This document shows positions 1 to 14,978 of a stretch of DNA of 64,000 nt, piece after piece (the first letter of the stretch is position 1; every line of letters starts with the position of its first letter). The notes beneath the pieces were generated by a model. The model saw only the letters and a program-made list of their open reading frames with translations, did no database searches and had not been told where the DNA came from. Source of the DNA: Octopus vulgaris (lineage: Eukaryota); contig OX597828.1 of the NCBI GenBank assembly GCA_951406725.2, positions 56,792,001 to 56,856,000 on the forward strand. The letters run 5' to 3'. The position numbers and the translations under genes are program-made.

Positions 1-30
1 CCTCCAACGTTAGAAGCTGTGCAAAGGCAA

Positions 31-137
31 CAATAATAACAATATTAATAATAATAATAATGATGATGATGATGATGATGATAATGATAATGATAATAAT
101 AGTAATAATACTACTAATAATAATGATAATAATAATA

Positions 138-204
<67 letters not shown>

Positions 205-250
205 TAATAATAATAATATTGATGACGATGATGATAACAATAATAATAGT
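31..250. repeat. (TAA)n/(TGA)n compound microsatellite
   Basis: Directly visible; explains the poly-I/poly-L ORFs 10..288 and 60..560. Confidence 0.97.
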
Positions 251-254
251 AAAA

Positions 255-550
255 CTACAAAAATATAAACCCATAATCTGCTTAACAAAAATGTATAAAA
301 TACTAACTACTGTCTTGACTGAATATGCCTATAGTTTTGTAATAGAAAGTGGCATATTCCCTAATGAGCAAAAAGGATATAAACGTGGGTCCTATGGTTG
401 TAAAGATCAGCTACTCCTCAATAAGAAAATCTTGGAAGATTGTCAAAAAAGACACAAAAACTTGTCCATAGCTTGGATAGACTATAAAATTATTTTCATA
501 GTGTACCATATAACTGGATTAAGAAGTGTCTGGAAATGTTTAAAATTGAC
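255..550 (+). mobile_element. Dong/R4-like non-LTR retrotransposon RT fragment
   Basis: YKPIICLTKMYKILT..EQKGYKRGSYGCKDQLLLNK..AWIDYK matches RT motifs 1-3 of RLE-clade LINEs; homologous to 5580-5830; starts right after (TAA)n. Confidence 0.88.
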
Positions 551-1814
551 GTGTGTATAAAAGAGAGAAGTGTGTGTTAGATTTATGAAAAATGTAACAC
601 ACACTTGTAAATACAGGCGCGGCGCGCGCACACACACACATACATTTGCATATATGTAATATATATGTTTATATGCCAAATGAGATAATATGGTATTTGT
701 ATAATAAACACATGCACACAGGTAATTCGAAACATAATACAGATATTTACGGCGATAAATAACGTTATGCCCATATACCTATAGAAAGCAGAAATAATTT
801 CAAACAAATTGATAAAAAAAAAATTCTGCCTGCGTGCGAATTTGTTATGAATATAATCGCTATAAAATTCAAAGGCAACTGACCGAATGGTTAAATACAT
901 TATTTCAAAAGATTTACTAAAATCCCTATTAATACATTTGCATTGAACAAGAACAGCGCCTAGGCGAAAACATCTTCGTTGTTCATAGCACGTAAAATGT
1001 ATCCTTTGCTTAAAAATAAAATTGAAGGGCATGTGGAGTACTTTCAATTTTCTAATTGAAATATATATGTTAAACAGGTTTTACGATGTGCAAAATGTTA
1101 TTAATGGTGCCTCAGTGATTCAGGACAAATTAAAGGAAAAAGGAAAATTCACTTAAATAATTGCGTTAGATAGCTGACGTCGGAAGAAATAAGGAAAATA
1201 TAAAAGCACACACTGAGTCTAGAACGAATAAGTCTGAAGCGATTTTTATTTTGTTACTCTACTCGTTTCAACTATATATATATGAGACAATTTATAAATA
1301 ATGGAATTACGTATATTTCTGTATTGGAGTAAATTCTGCTTAGAGCAGTTGTCAGTAATCACCATGGGTTTGTTACCGATAGGTTTACACAATTAGTCAA
1401 TTGAGGAATTGAGAAAAGTTGAACGACCTATAGAATTAAGGCTGTATTCGCCAGAGTCATTTCTGGTTATAACAAGGCAGAACACTGAAGATATGTTAGA
1501 TGCATGGGGAAGCGGCGGGGGAAAGGCATATAGAAGAAAGATAAATTGGAAAGGAGAAGAGAAGAGATGATTTGCAAGGGAGGGACCAAAGTAAGGAGAA
1601 AGAAAAAAAAAGAATTAAAGAAGGGATACAAAGAACAGAAGAGGGGACGATTTCGATAGGAGAAGAGGGATAGGATGGACGAAAGTATTTGTATTATTTT
1701 TAGGTTTCATATTCTCCAAATATTGTATTCGAATTTGACATGGTCCCCTTACAAACATGGTCAACATAATTTTTTTATATTTGGTCATTTGTACTATCAT
1801 GCATAGTGCCATTT

Positions 1815-2152
1815 CTCTTTTCTTCTTTACTTGTTCCATTCATTAGAATGAGGCCATGCTGGAGCACCGCCTTGAAGGAGTTTTAATCCACTTCTGTTTT
1901 AAGGCTACTATATATTCTATCGTTCTCTTACCGAAGCGCTATCTTACAGTGACGTAAACACACCAATACCGGTTGTCAAGTGGTGTTGGCGGTGGTTGAT
2001 AAACACATATACACTCACACACGTGCGACGGGGTTCTAACAGTTACCAGCTTCCAAATCCACTTACAAGGCTTTGATCGGACGGAGCCTATAGTAGGAGG
2101 CACTTAGTCAAGATAGGCGAGACTGAATCCGGAACCATGAGGTTTGGAAACA
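1815..2152 (-). mobile_element. SINE family A copy (head truncated)
   Basis: Contains GGCCATGCTGGAGCACCGCC and ACAAGGCTTTGATCGG blocks shared with 50295-50709 and 41631-42125. Confidence 0.85.
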
Positions 2153-3115
2153 AGTAACCCATTACAAGGTTTGCTGTCACTGGAGTATCTCGGGGTCCCA
2201 TTGCAATTCCACATTGTTATCGATAGGAAATAGTTGTTCAGCAGGATGAATTTGAGTGCTGCGATTATGAATCTGTGGTTGATGCGTCCTAGGATCTCTT
2301 CTGGGTATTTTTCTAGCCAGAAGGTGATCGCTTCTATACCATAGTCGTGTGGGATATTGGTGTACAAATTCACCACATCGAATGATACTAACAGGGTTCT
2401 TTCCTTTACTGTCTTCGGGAGGTGGTTCAGCTTTTCTAAGTCATCCCTGATAAAGCTTTTCACATATTTTGAAAACGGTTTAAGTAAGATGTCGAGAACG
2501 TTGCTCAAACGATGGGTTTCACAAGAAGATCCAGCAAGGATGGGTCTCAGTTTGAGGTCAGTAGGGGGAGGGACATTGATGCATAAACTTGGAGAAACTT
2601 TTCAGGCTTTACAGATATGTGGATTTTTGTGGATTTTAGGTAATTCGTAGAATAGACTAGGACTCTATTTAAAATTGGATAAATAGTCTATTTTATGTTT
2701 AGTGAGACACTTTCCATGAATTTGAAGTAAGGAGGATAAGTTTTTATGTGTTTTCTGTGGGTTGTATTGTTTTATCTTCTCATAGTAAATATTATTTGCC
2801 AACGTGGAGTGTATTAAATTTTTGTAGTACTCTGTGTCCATCACCACTACTGCACTTCCTTTGTCAGCTTCTTTAATGGTGAGGTTTATGTCATTTTTTT
2901 TAACTCGACAAGGTCTCTCCATTCATTTACATTAAGGTTGAATTTAATTTGTTGTTTTTGTAGGGTATTAAAATGAAAACTGGTAATGTGTTCACAAAAG
3001 CACCAGGTGGTTTATTTCTGCCTTTTGTAGGACAGCATTTACTTTTGTCTTTTACTATTGAGTCATCTTCGCTGCTGTAGTTATGAAGTGCTTCTGTGAG
3101 GCGTAATTTTCGGCA
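2152..3115 (-). mobile_element. Penelope-like element, decayed RT
   Basis: IKEADKGSAVVVMD, RPILAG, SFDVVNLYTNIP and GIAMG..ANLVM are Penelope RT motifs; frameshifted across ORFs 2665..2922 and 2104..2508. Confidence 0.9.
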
Positions 3116-3339
3116 TATGTACATATATATATATATATGCGTGTGTGTGTGTATGTGTGTGTGTATATACATATATAAACATGTATATACATATATATAT
3201 ATTGTGTGTTGGGTGGGGACAGATGACTCTCATTAATCGTGGCGAAGACAACTCTTCCAAGAGATGGATATTCTGGCATAAAACCATATCATGCTAATGA
3301 CACTCACTTAACTGGCTGAATTATCAAAATCATGACTGT

Positions 3340-4883
3340 TGATGGGGATAGGCTGAGCTCCTGTTTTGAAAACGAAGCCGTGATTAGGACGACCACTGTA
3401 GGAGAATAAATCTCTGAATTCAAATTGACTTACCACCGCTGGCTTGCAGTATCCTTTAGAGGAAAAACCTAGTAGAGGTTACTCCAATATAAAACCTGCT
3501 GTCAACTTAATACGAGTCATCTTGTTTTGCTTCTCACTGGAATCTAATGTTTTGTCCCAGAGGTGCCAAAAGTGTTGTACAAGCATTTGGCATTGTAATC
3601 CAATGAAGTACAGTTATCTCTGATAAACACTATCATTGCACAATCATCACTTTTCAAAAGTTCTATAGCGACAGACGATTCGCGAAGTATGCAGACTTGA
3701 CCTGTTGGACGCATGTAGTTAAAATCTACACATAAGGCGGCGGAGTTCTTTTATCAACAGCGCTAACATGTCTTCATGGACAGGAACTGTTTTTGGTGGA
3801 GAATCCTGTACATGAGCCGCCCTTTTAACACTGCTCACCTGGATATACTGGGAATGTGCTAGAAAAGGTGCACTAACAATTGCCTGTCTTCTCTAGCCGG
3901 TTACGTTACTGCGGCTAACGGTAGTTAAATTTAGCAGGAATAAACAAAGAATTAATATGCACAATAATAACAAGTATGCAAGGAGTAAGCTTTCTCTTGA
4001 CCTAGCCAGTTGTTATGAGAGATCTGTTTTAGATCGAGCAGATAGGCCTGAAAGAAGAATAGCTCTAGTAACTATGATCTAAGGCTTCGCAATGTTGATA
4101 TTCCAATACGTTCTGAAACAAGATGTTCAGATGAAGATCCTCTTGTCGACGAAGCGACAGGTTTCACATTATTCTGGTTTGAAAATCCGAAGTGAGAGAA
4201 AAGGAAAGGTGGTGTTGGGTTTGCGATTAGAAGTGATTTACTAAAAGAACTAAAATACCCACAAAGCATAAATGCACGCATAATGAAATTCCTGATCCGT
4301 CTTACTTGTGTACGTTTTGTTACTGATTTGCAGTTCTTTTCTACAAGCTGTCTGTTATGAAAATGGATAAGATAAACAACATTATGCAAAGAGAGATAGT
4401 GCAGCACATGGATGATACACCTTCATGAGATAGCTCATCCTTAAAGACTACCTATGCTTTCATGTTTCTGTGTAGTTCCTTAAAAATGCTAACAAAATGT
4501 GTTGAACAACCAGGTTTACACAATACAATCTACAGTGCCTCCATTTTTACCATGTAAAATGCCTTAGTTAATTTATGAAAACCTGGTATACTGGCACTTG
4601 TCCCACTAAGAAATTCTCTTGAGCCTGTCTCTCAGAAATTATCATGTTCTGAAATCAGGTGCGAATAATATTTCATCAGAAATTCATAACCTGATAACTT
4701 GAGTTTGGAATGAATTTTCTGTGTCACAAGAATGGATAAAAGGCATTCTAATCTCTGTATAGACATGTAAGGCCCCGAAAGCACTTTGTGGTAACTATAG
4801 AGGGATAACTCTGCAGGCGCATACCTGGTAGAAACTTTCAAGATCATGTTAGATCGTCTTGTTGAGATTGTGTGTGCACATGT
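3340..4883 (+). mobile_element. RTE-clade LINE remnant (5' UTR, APE endonuclease, rearranged RT start)
   Basis: SETR..GFTLFW..GGVGFAI APE motif near 4110-4230 and an NYRGI RT motif near 4790; 3400-3800 is the reverse complement of 20995-21340. Confidence 0.85.
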
Positions 4884-6775
4884 GGGAAGTTAAAGGCGAT
4901 CCACGTCTGTCTTTAGATGGTGCAGCTAATTACAAGTCAGCAGCTTGCGGATTTTTCTATCAATTTTCATAATTTCACTGGTATTCCAGTTAAGCACATT
5001 GTAGCTATAAAGAACAACTGGGACTGCTAAGGAATTTATGGGTAACACCTTATTATATGCATTCGCGCTCAGACTTCGGGACTGCCTCGAACTCTTCTAT
5101 AACATTCCTACCTAACATTCTCTTTCATACTTGCATGCTGGATACCAGAGCCTTTATTTACTCCGAGGTATTTATAGGTTTGTTCCTGCTCAAGTTCCTT
5201 TATTACTGTTTCGACATCTAATTTGACTGAACTTGACTTTACCAATTTCCCTTTCGTAAAAGTGGCTTTGGCACACTTTTCAAGGCCAAACTCCACCCCG
5301 ATATCATCACTGAATCCTTTCACAGTATGTAAGAGTTCTTCAAGCTCTTCATCATCTTTGCCATATAGTTTTAGGTCATTCATATAAAATAGATGTCATA
5401 TTTTTCTGTTGTCAATTTTATAGCCATACCCCGTTCTTTTCAGCTAATATTGTTTGATCGCAATACTTCATTAGAATGATATAACTGGAGCTTCGTATTC
5501 CATAGTGACATACTATACTTTAAAAAAATATGAAATCACAGGAGAAATTTTGAAAATGTCCAGCGATTTCAGAATCCACGAATGTGGTATGCTGTCAAAA
5601 GGCTTTTTTGTAATCAATCCATGAAGAACTGAGATTTCTGCGCTTGTTATGGCAGTTCTCAAGGATCATGCGATTAATTAGGAGCTGATCTTTGCATCCG
5701 TATGAGCCTCGTCTGCATCATTTTTGTTCAGTGGGAGAGAGGTTATTCTCTTCCATAAACGTATATGATTTCTCTACTAGAATAGATGTCAAGATCTTAT
5801 AGGTAGTAGATAAACATGTTATAGGCCGGTAGTTTTTTGGGTCTTTCGTTGCGTTATTTTGGGGGAGGAGGTAAGTAATACCACTTGCCATCCAATGTGG
5901 AATTTTTTCCGGGTCATTCATAATACTATTAAATAGTATTACTAACATTTTGTGTGCGGACGAGAGTGATGAGAGCCAGAAATTTGGTACTCTGTCAATA
6001 CCAGGGGATTTCCATTTATGAACCTTCGTTAGTGCCCTCCTTAGGTCAGCGATTGAGATGTTTTCCCATACCTGTTCTTGCAGATTTTTGTAGTCGTCTT
6101 GGGTGCGTTTGATCCACTCTGCATTTTCATTGCATGGTTTCTCATCACTCCAGATCCCCTGCCAAAAGTTTTCAACTTCTTCCAGTAGGGATGGATTTTC
6201 AATGGTTATTTTTTCTTTTCCTATTTCCCCGTAAAATGATTTGGCATTGGATTTGAACATCTTATTTTGTTTGTAGAATTTGATTCTTTTCTCAAATCTG
6301 CGTGTTCTCTGAGCTTTTGCTTGAACTTTTTGTTTAAGTGTTTCTTTCGCTGAGATTAGTTCTTCTCTTGTTGAGAATCCATATTTTGTCACAATCTTCA
6401 TGCCTTTTCTTGATCTTACACCATTTCCAGAGATTAGCACAGTTAATATTAATATCTCCCTTCGCATTTATTCAATTTCAGCTTTAATTCTACTCCTCCA
6501 GTTTGATTTTCGTTTCGAATTTTGGACTGTTGGCTTTTTGGGCGTTAAACAGCGTCTTTCGATTACCTTAGCAACAGAGTAAATAAGTTCCTTAAACTTA
6601 TTAGAGATCGGGTTTTAGTTGTTGTATGATTTCTTGTGAAACCCAGTTGCCATTTTTTTATTTGTTTTATGTTTGAGTGCATTTGAGAGTTTATGGAGTG
6701 ACTCCCTATCATTCATAGTTGTATGCCCTACAACTGCAAGCTCATTCAGCACTTCCTGCTTCATTTCAATGATAA
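4884..6775 (-). mobile_element. Dong/R4-like LINE, internal fragment with dead RT
   Basis: WKSPGIDRVPNFW, NYRPITCLSTTYK, YMND (catalytic YMDD mutated), FGLEKCA and YKYLG; stops present and RT motif 4 is deleted. Confidence 0.92.
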
Positions 6776-6805
6776 ATTTTCTGCGTTGTTCAGCAAATAT
6801 GTGGT

Positions 6806-6838
6806 CTTCTTCTTCTTCTTCTTCTTCTTTTTCTTCTT

Positions 6839-6869
<31 letters not shown>

Positions 6870-6958
6870 TTATTATTATTATTATTATTATTATTTTTTT
6901 TTTTCTTCTTTCAAATTTTCTTCCATTTCTTGCCGAGTGTCTTCCCGACTCCTAGGGC

Positions 6959-7047
<89 letters not shown>

Positions 7048-7050
7048 ATC
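6806..7050. repeat. (TTC)n + (TTA)n tracts containing a ~60-bp Dong/R4 3' tip (6900-6958, minus)
   Basis: TTCAAATTTTCTTCCATTTCTTGCCGAGTG..CCTAGGGC matches the 3' UTR ends at 39661-39718 and 21975-22025. Confidence 0.85.
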
Positions 7051-7061
7051 GTTATTTTTAT

Positions 7062-8986
7062 GTAATCTTTTGTTTTTCCACGGTACATACGCACATCAAA
7101 TAAGCAATGTAATAACATTAAACATTTTCCAATGCATTCATTATTACAAACTACTCAGTTCAGAACCGCAAATGGTATTCGACGTTGACATCAATGCAGA
7201 TCATCCTGGAAATATATTTTACTAGAGTCTTCTTAAATTTTATACGTATCATATTCTACGTTTTACATTCACTATTAGCACAACTCTTGTATTACATACT
7301 TTATCCTACGTTTCCTTACTTGCGCTACATTCTGTTTCTTTTGTGTGTAATATTGAACAATAAAACTTTAAATCTTATATATTTTAATTTTCTTTTTCAA
7401 GTAAGTTCCTTCTTCTATTCGAATGAAATATGCAATGCGCGTTTCACATAAGGAAAGATCAAAATATCAAAATATATATTTATATATAATATTTTAGAAT
7501 AACTGTTTCAAAATCGGGTGAGAATTAAATATTGAACATTAATCAGCAACTGGAAGCCTACATTCATGCATCAATGTCAGAAGCCAATATAAACTGCATT
7601 TCCGATGAGGAGAGCGCTGTTGGAAATATGACAATTTATCCCAAAAATCTGCGGTTCAAGACTTCTTAATTGAGGCTTGTTTTTGATACACGACATTTAG
7701 TGCTGTGATGTACATAGCACAAATTTTTGTGCATCTCTAATACGAGGACTATATGTATAATATATGTGTATGTGGTTTTATGTGTTTATATGTGTGTGTG
7801 TATGTAGGTATGTATGCATTTGAAAAAATTACAAATCTATACAAATCAGATTATTATATATAAAGAATGGAGAAGGAAACGGTACAGAGGTAAATCTGAG
7901 ACATTCAAATTTAGAACGAATTTAATAAATTGATTTAAAAATTAGGTAACAAAAGTATAAACTATTAACGGTTTTGATGATGAATTTCATATTACCAAAT
8001 ATTAATAAAAATTTATAAACAATAAAAACAATATCCCATCTGTTTGATGGTCAAAACATGTCTGGATATTTTTTCGTTGAAGTCTTCTTTAAATATGGTT
8101 TGGTATAAGGTTCAAAGCGTTAGACAGGAAGAGGTTTAGTTGAGTATCGTCTGAAAAATACCTATAGGCTCCTGCCGAGGGAGTATAAGTCTAAAGGTGT
8201 GCGTGTGTGTGTTTGTATGTGTGCGTATGTGAGTGTGTGTGTGTTGTGAATGTTCTTTAAGTATGTTTGAAAAGTGACCAGTATGTATTTTGTGATGAAT
8301 GCCTTGTTAAGAAACGAATTAAGATTTTCCTTCTTTTTGGTGTATGTGGTTGTGAATTGCGATGTTTCATCTGAATATCTCCAAATGTGTACATCTATGT
8401 GCATTTGTGTGTGTGATGTTTTCTTTTGGGTGTCTCCAGGTGTGATTTGGTTTTCGTGTGTTTTTGTTTTCTTACGATATCTTCTTTTCTGTGTATGTGT
8501 GATTGTGTGTATATTATTTTGTTTTAATTCATATTTGGTAAGATGAAATTCATCATGAAAACCGATAATATTTTATACTCGATTTATATAACCTTTAAGT
8601 CATTTTATAAATATCTTTCTAAATTGACAAAATCTTGGTCCCACTTCTGTACCGCTTCCACCTCCATCTTATATACACACTCATACACCCACAGAGGCAC
8701 GCGCGTACACACACACATACACATTTTTGAAAGATATAAATACTTCTTAAAGGGATGCCTGCATCCATGTTACTCGCTTTTATCCAGTGTGTCAGTGAAA
8801 AACTAAAAGATGTTACCGTCACTTTGATGTATATATTCATATTACCATTTAAAAAATAGAAAATGGAGAAATTCTTCTGTCCATGACGAAATGTTCAATT
8901 AACTATATTCAGTAAGAATCTCTAAGTTGATGTGCCTCATTTGAATTACTTTGGCATGGAAACAGCTGTAGGATCAATGAGATTGA
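7062..8986 (+). repeat. Unclassified 1.9-kb repeat, copy 1
   Basis: Collinear reverse-complement match to 16012-18000; 7540-7760 is nearly identical to 17280-17500. Confidence 0.93.
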
Positions 8987-9053
8987 TATCATTGCAAACA
9001 GGATTTTTTTCAATAAATTGTTTTCTGCATATCATTTTCACCATGTTCTTTTC

Positions 9054-9054
9054 C

Positions 9055-9130
<76 letters not shown>

Positions 9131-9144
9131 GTCTATCTACCTAC

Positions 9145-9205
<61 letters not shown>

Positions 9206-9210
9206 GATCG

Positions 9211-9258
<48 letters not shown>

Positions 9259-9263
9259 GTCTG

Positions 9264-9325
<62 letters not shown>

Positions 9326-9347
9326 AATCTATCTATCTATCTATCTA

Positions 9348-9425
<78 letters not shown>

Positions 9426-9448
9426 TGCATCTCTCTCTCTCTCTCTCT

Positions 9449-9498
<50 letters not shown>
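9054..9498. repeat. (TCTA)n [GATA-type] + (CT)n + (TA)n compound microsatellite
   Basis: Directly visible; source of the IYLS-repeat ORFs. Confidence 0.98.
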
Positions 9499-9501
<3 letters not shown>

Positions 9502-9521
9502 TATGTATGTATATATACATA

Positions 9522-11322
9522 TGATTCGTTGGAAAAGAATAGAGATGAGAATGCAAGGAGTGCTTTTTAAGGGACATTCGGCATCCCATTCTTTGATATG
9601 CTGTTAGCATGTTGTTTATTAAATCAGAATACTTTCCAGCTCTACGATTTCCAAAAAAGTTCTGTACAACTTACATTAAGGAACTCCATGCCGTCAACTC
9701 AACTGGAGTCAGTTTACCTCTGAATGTGCTATCAGACATGAGGTCCAATAAAAATGTCTGCTTTCAGTTTTGCGTCTCAACACCAAATTTTACTTTTAGT
9801 TACTGGAAGTCACAACCATCGTGCGTCATTGCTTTTACGAATTTTTTTACATGAGTGGAAGGAAGATATTTTGCAGTTCTACCAGTGGTATATTCAGCAC
9901 CTTGTACCGACCAACTATGCACTCTTCTCTGTTATGTCTGACTTTTATATTGTGTAATTATTACTGTCGTTGCGGCTGCTCCAAATATACAAGGAGCACA
10001 TGTTTTTGGTATATCCCAGCAGCAGTTCTAGGAGGAGAGATATCGCCTTTGAATCACCACAACTATTCCCACTTATGAACTGAGTAATTAACTCCTTGCA
10101 GAATGAGTTCCATCGATTCATAGGTTTCTTCTATATCGATAAAATGATCCACAAAAATGGCGGTTTTTCATTACCATTATGTAATAATACAGCTTTGAGG
10201 TTAACCTTACTCAAGTCTATAAACAATCTCCCTTCGTCAGCCGTATGCTCGTGTCCTATTTTTTGCATGAGTGCATTAACATCAGTACAGAAACAAGCAT
10301 TATGTTCTTCCTTCAAAAAGACAGATAAGCCTTCATGGTGAGAATGGAAAATGGAAATTTTCGTACGGTGCTGTAGGAGATTCCATTGCAGTAGTGTAGA
10401 TCCCAAACTCTTGCCTTCTCCTTTGACAATGCTAGATCTCTTCCTAAATTGTTCAAATCTACATCATTAAACAAGCGTGGCTCATTTTTCTTAGAATCAA
10501 CTGTGTGCTTTTCGTCGATAGGTGAATCGGTGGTTCATCGTGCGACGTGCCTAGGGTTTCAAGTGAATCATGTGAATGAGAAACTGTGACAGGGTTATCG
10601 AAGTCATGTGGGACTGACATTAGAGCCGACTTATAATCTGCGTGCACAATTTTTGCTTAGGTTTTCTTTGGTAAATAAATAATATTAGTCATGCAAACGT
10701 ATTTATCAGAGATATGATTGACTTGCTCGCGCCATACCATTGGTACAACAAAAGGCATTCCCTTCTTTTTCCATTCAACCACTGGGTAAGCCCTGAGTAA
10801 CACATGCTGCAGCAGATATGATGTACCCACCTCTTGATTTGATCCCCAACTTTACACTCGAATTAATATTTATGAGCAAGTTTTAATTTGGTGGCAATGT
10901 TCTTCTGCTGGTTACGCGGGGAAAATTTCCTGTTCATGATCTAACAGAATGGACCCAGTTAAATCACTAATCAGGCAGAGTGGGAGATACACATATAACA
11001 CATGACAGCAGAGTAAACGACACTGAGAATTATCAAGAACAAACTGACGTAAGGGGCGCTTGCACACAATAAGTCAGCACCATTTATTGTTCAACTAAAT
11101 AATGAAAATTCTCATCGTTTGTTTTATTGCCGTTATTTATTTAATTTTGAATGAAGACCGCATTCATTTAAGCAAATTTTATAATACAGCCTATATATAA
11201 GCTGTAAGTATAGTTATAATCTTGTGCAAGCGCATAACACCGGATCCTGACGTGCTACTACAATACTGAGTAGTGTAAAACACGTACTTTTACTCCAAAA
11301 GAAAAATCTTTGTTGTCAAGTG
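9522..11322 (-). mobile_element. Decayed DNA transposon, probably CMC/Chapaev3
   Basis: KVGDQ..W..HICC, MPF.VPMVWRE, RLFIDLSKVNLKAVLLHNGN and NFFGN..MGCRMSLK..LHSHL motifs; the 5' terminus reads CACTTGACAACAAA. Superfamily assigned from memory of this transposase family. Confidence 0.72.
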
Positions 11323-11737
11323 CTATCTAATGTGCCTTCACAAAGGGAAAGAGAACAAGAGAAAGAAAAACGAAAATGTCCTACCTATTTGAAGACAATG
11401 GAGATATTTACAAAACAATTAATTTTTATTTTAATTTAATTGTCTTTCTCCTTAATTAATACCCACCATTGTTATAATTTTTGTTGAACAAATCGAACAC
11501 ACTGAGAACGTTAGTAACTGTTGCAAAATATATTTCATGACACAATTATTTCAGCATTTATTTCACAATTATTTCACATACCAGCATGCACGCAAGCACA
11601 CAGACACATGCACACACAAACACATACATACACAGACAAGCACATATATTTATACACACACATACACACACACACACACATATATATGTATATATATATA
11701 CAATATATATATACGTATACATATATGTGTATATACA

Positions 11738-11740
<3 letters not shown>

Positions 11741-11817
<77 letters not shown>
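11741..11817. repeat. (TA)n microsatellite
   Basis: Directly visible. Confidence 0.97.
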
Positions 11818-11821
<4 letters not shown>

Positions 11822-11991
11822 TTAGGGAATAAATCCAAATTTACAGGGAAAAATCAGATTTAGGATTGAATCCAATTTTATAGTAAAATATTATATAATA
11901 TTAATTAGAGACAAAACCACTATTTTGCAAATCAAACAAGGAAAGACTTAATCAATACATAAAAAAAATTTAATATAAAGTAAATAAATCG

Positions 11992-12035
11992 CCACTACAA
12001 TTGTTTCCTGTCTTCAAATGACATTCATCTGGTGG
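11992..12035 (-). ncRNA. Minimal type I hammerhead ribozyme motif (mutated)
   Basis: ccac-CAGAUGA-augtc/gacag-GAAAC-aauu-GUA-gugg; stems I and II pair; core U4 is changed to A. Confidence 0.7.
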
Positions 12036-12969
12036 ATTTCATATCTTGTATTCAATTTTAAAGTTATGAAGAGGATGAACAATATATATACATATGTAGG
12101 GCGTGTTACGCAAACCTTTTAGATTGTGCCGAAAAGAATGGATGAACAATCCCGCAGGAATAATGCCTCGAATTTTGAATCGTAACATTTTTATTCATTA
12201 CTAGACTTTACAATAGCTTTTTTTTTTCACACCTAAAAAATATTGACTATATGACTTTTCCATGATAGATAGACATGCAATTTTGAAAACAGTTATCGTT
12301 GTGGTATGTAATGCAACCATCGTTTTTGCCTTAGATTAGTAATATATAATCCTGTGTTTCTTTGAGAATCCGATAAAGCGCAACCTCAGCAGTTATCACT
12401 TTTGAAACTGCTTTAAATATTCTTGCAGCAAACGGCTGCACTTAACGAATACTACCAATGTGATATAGACTAATATCAGCTCGTAATTACTGAAAACGTT
12501 TTAAGGAAAAAAGAAAATTCTATGCCTTCTTAAAACTACAAATATTTACATATATATATTACAGAATTAAATCTTTATAGACATGCATAGCAAAATATAT
12601 TTGCACATCACGCTAATGTTTCACGTGAAAAAGTATAAACACATACATTTATAATGATCACATGATAGAAAGTTGCGCATATAAAAACCACCAAACGAGT
12701 GAAGATAATTTTAAAACTACCAGAACACCTGATACTCTTCAAAGTTACAAATAAGAAGTCGGCTTAACTGAGTTCTAGTCAAAGTATTTGAGTGACGTAT
12801 GTTACTAGATGTGTTTGTGTGTTATGTATAATATCAACATTGTTAAAGGGAAATTTAGATAAATAACATTGGCATATATCTCACGTTTACATATATCGTT
12901 TACCGTGTAGGTGATTTTGCAAATGAAATGGAATATTGATATAAATTTATGAAAACGCATAATATAAAC

Positions 12970-13910
<941 letters not shown>

Positions 13911-14369
13911 GGTTATAAGAGGTTTTCGCTGATTTGTAATCAAGAAAATCGTGACAGTAATTGATTATGCCTCATCACAACAAACGACGAGGTCACATGC
14001 TCGTGTACTGAGAACTGCAGCTGCTGATGTCCATATATGTGTTACGGCTGTGGTAGTACTTCTTTGTCGCTGATATGATAAATACGACAACATAAAAATA
14101 TCAGACTCTTTGGTCCACCATATAAGATAGCCTTGCGAGATTATCTTCAATTATAAGAAGGATTTCTGCGCTCCCCTTTATATCACAAAGTTATTTTAAG
14201 TTATAAAGATATATTAGGGCACCCGCTAAAAGATGCAGAGCTTAATGTACTATTTTTCTCATATATATCCAAAAGTAATTGAAAGTATCAAAACCAATTT
14301 TTACATATATTTACATAAATCTCTTTCATCATTTCTCTCTCTCACCCCCTCTCTCTCTCTTTCTCTCTT

Positions 14370-14492
<123 letters not shown>

Positions 14493-14769
14493 CAATTTTA
14501 TTAAACATTTTATACACACAGGATAAATCCATGACAAAAATTAAATAATAAAGGTAAGTAACAATCAGCAACTGCTCAAGAAGAATTCGGTGTTTTCGAA
14601 GCCACTGCAAAAATTGCTAATGCATCCCTGGTTTTCATACTGCGCTCTCCTGATCCAAGCAGTTACATTTTAAAATAAAATGGAAATAGAATGTGTACTT
14701 ATTGAAGCTCATCTTTAAACTGTTTGTTTTAAATAATTAATGCACAAATCTCCATATAAACATAACAAT

Positions 14770-14885
14770 ATTTGCATTATTCATATTTGATGGATATTTT
14801 ATCCTCATCTTGTTTTTTGTTAACACAACGTTTCTGCTGATATACCCTCCAGCCTTCATCAGGTGTCTTTTTCGATGCTGTTGTA

Positions 14886-14978
<93 letters not shown>

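Noticed and set aside
583-1047. 154-aa minus-strand ORF
   Set aside because: No domain similarity, ends in a CA/TA repeat, and has a non-ATG start.
3215-3260. Hammerhead-like CAGATGA..GAAGAC beside the Penelope fragment
   Set aside because: Stem II does not pair, the core is doubly mutated, and it is on the strand opposite the Penelope ORF.
8932-9570. 212-aa IYLS-repeat ORF and similar poly-I/L/N/Y/CV/YI ORFs across the window
   Set aside because: They are translations of microsatellites, with no evidence of coding.
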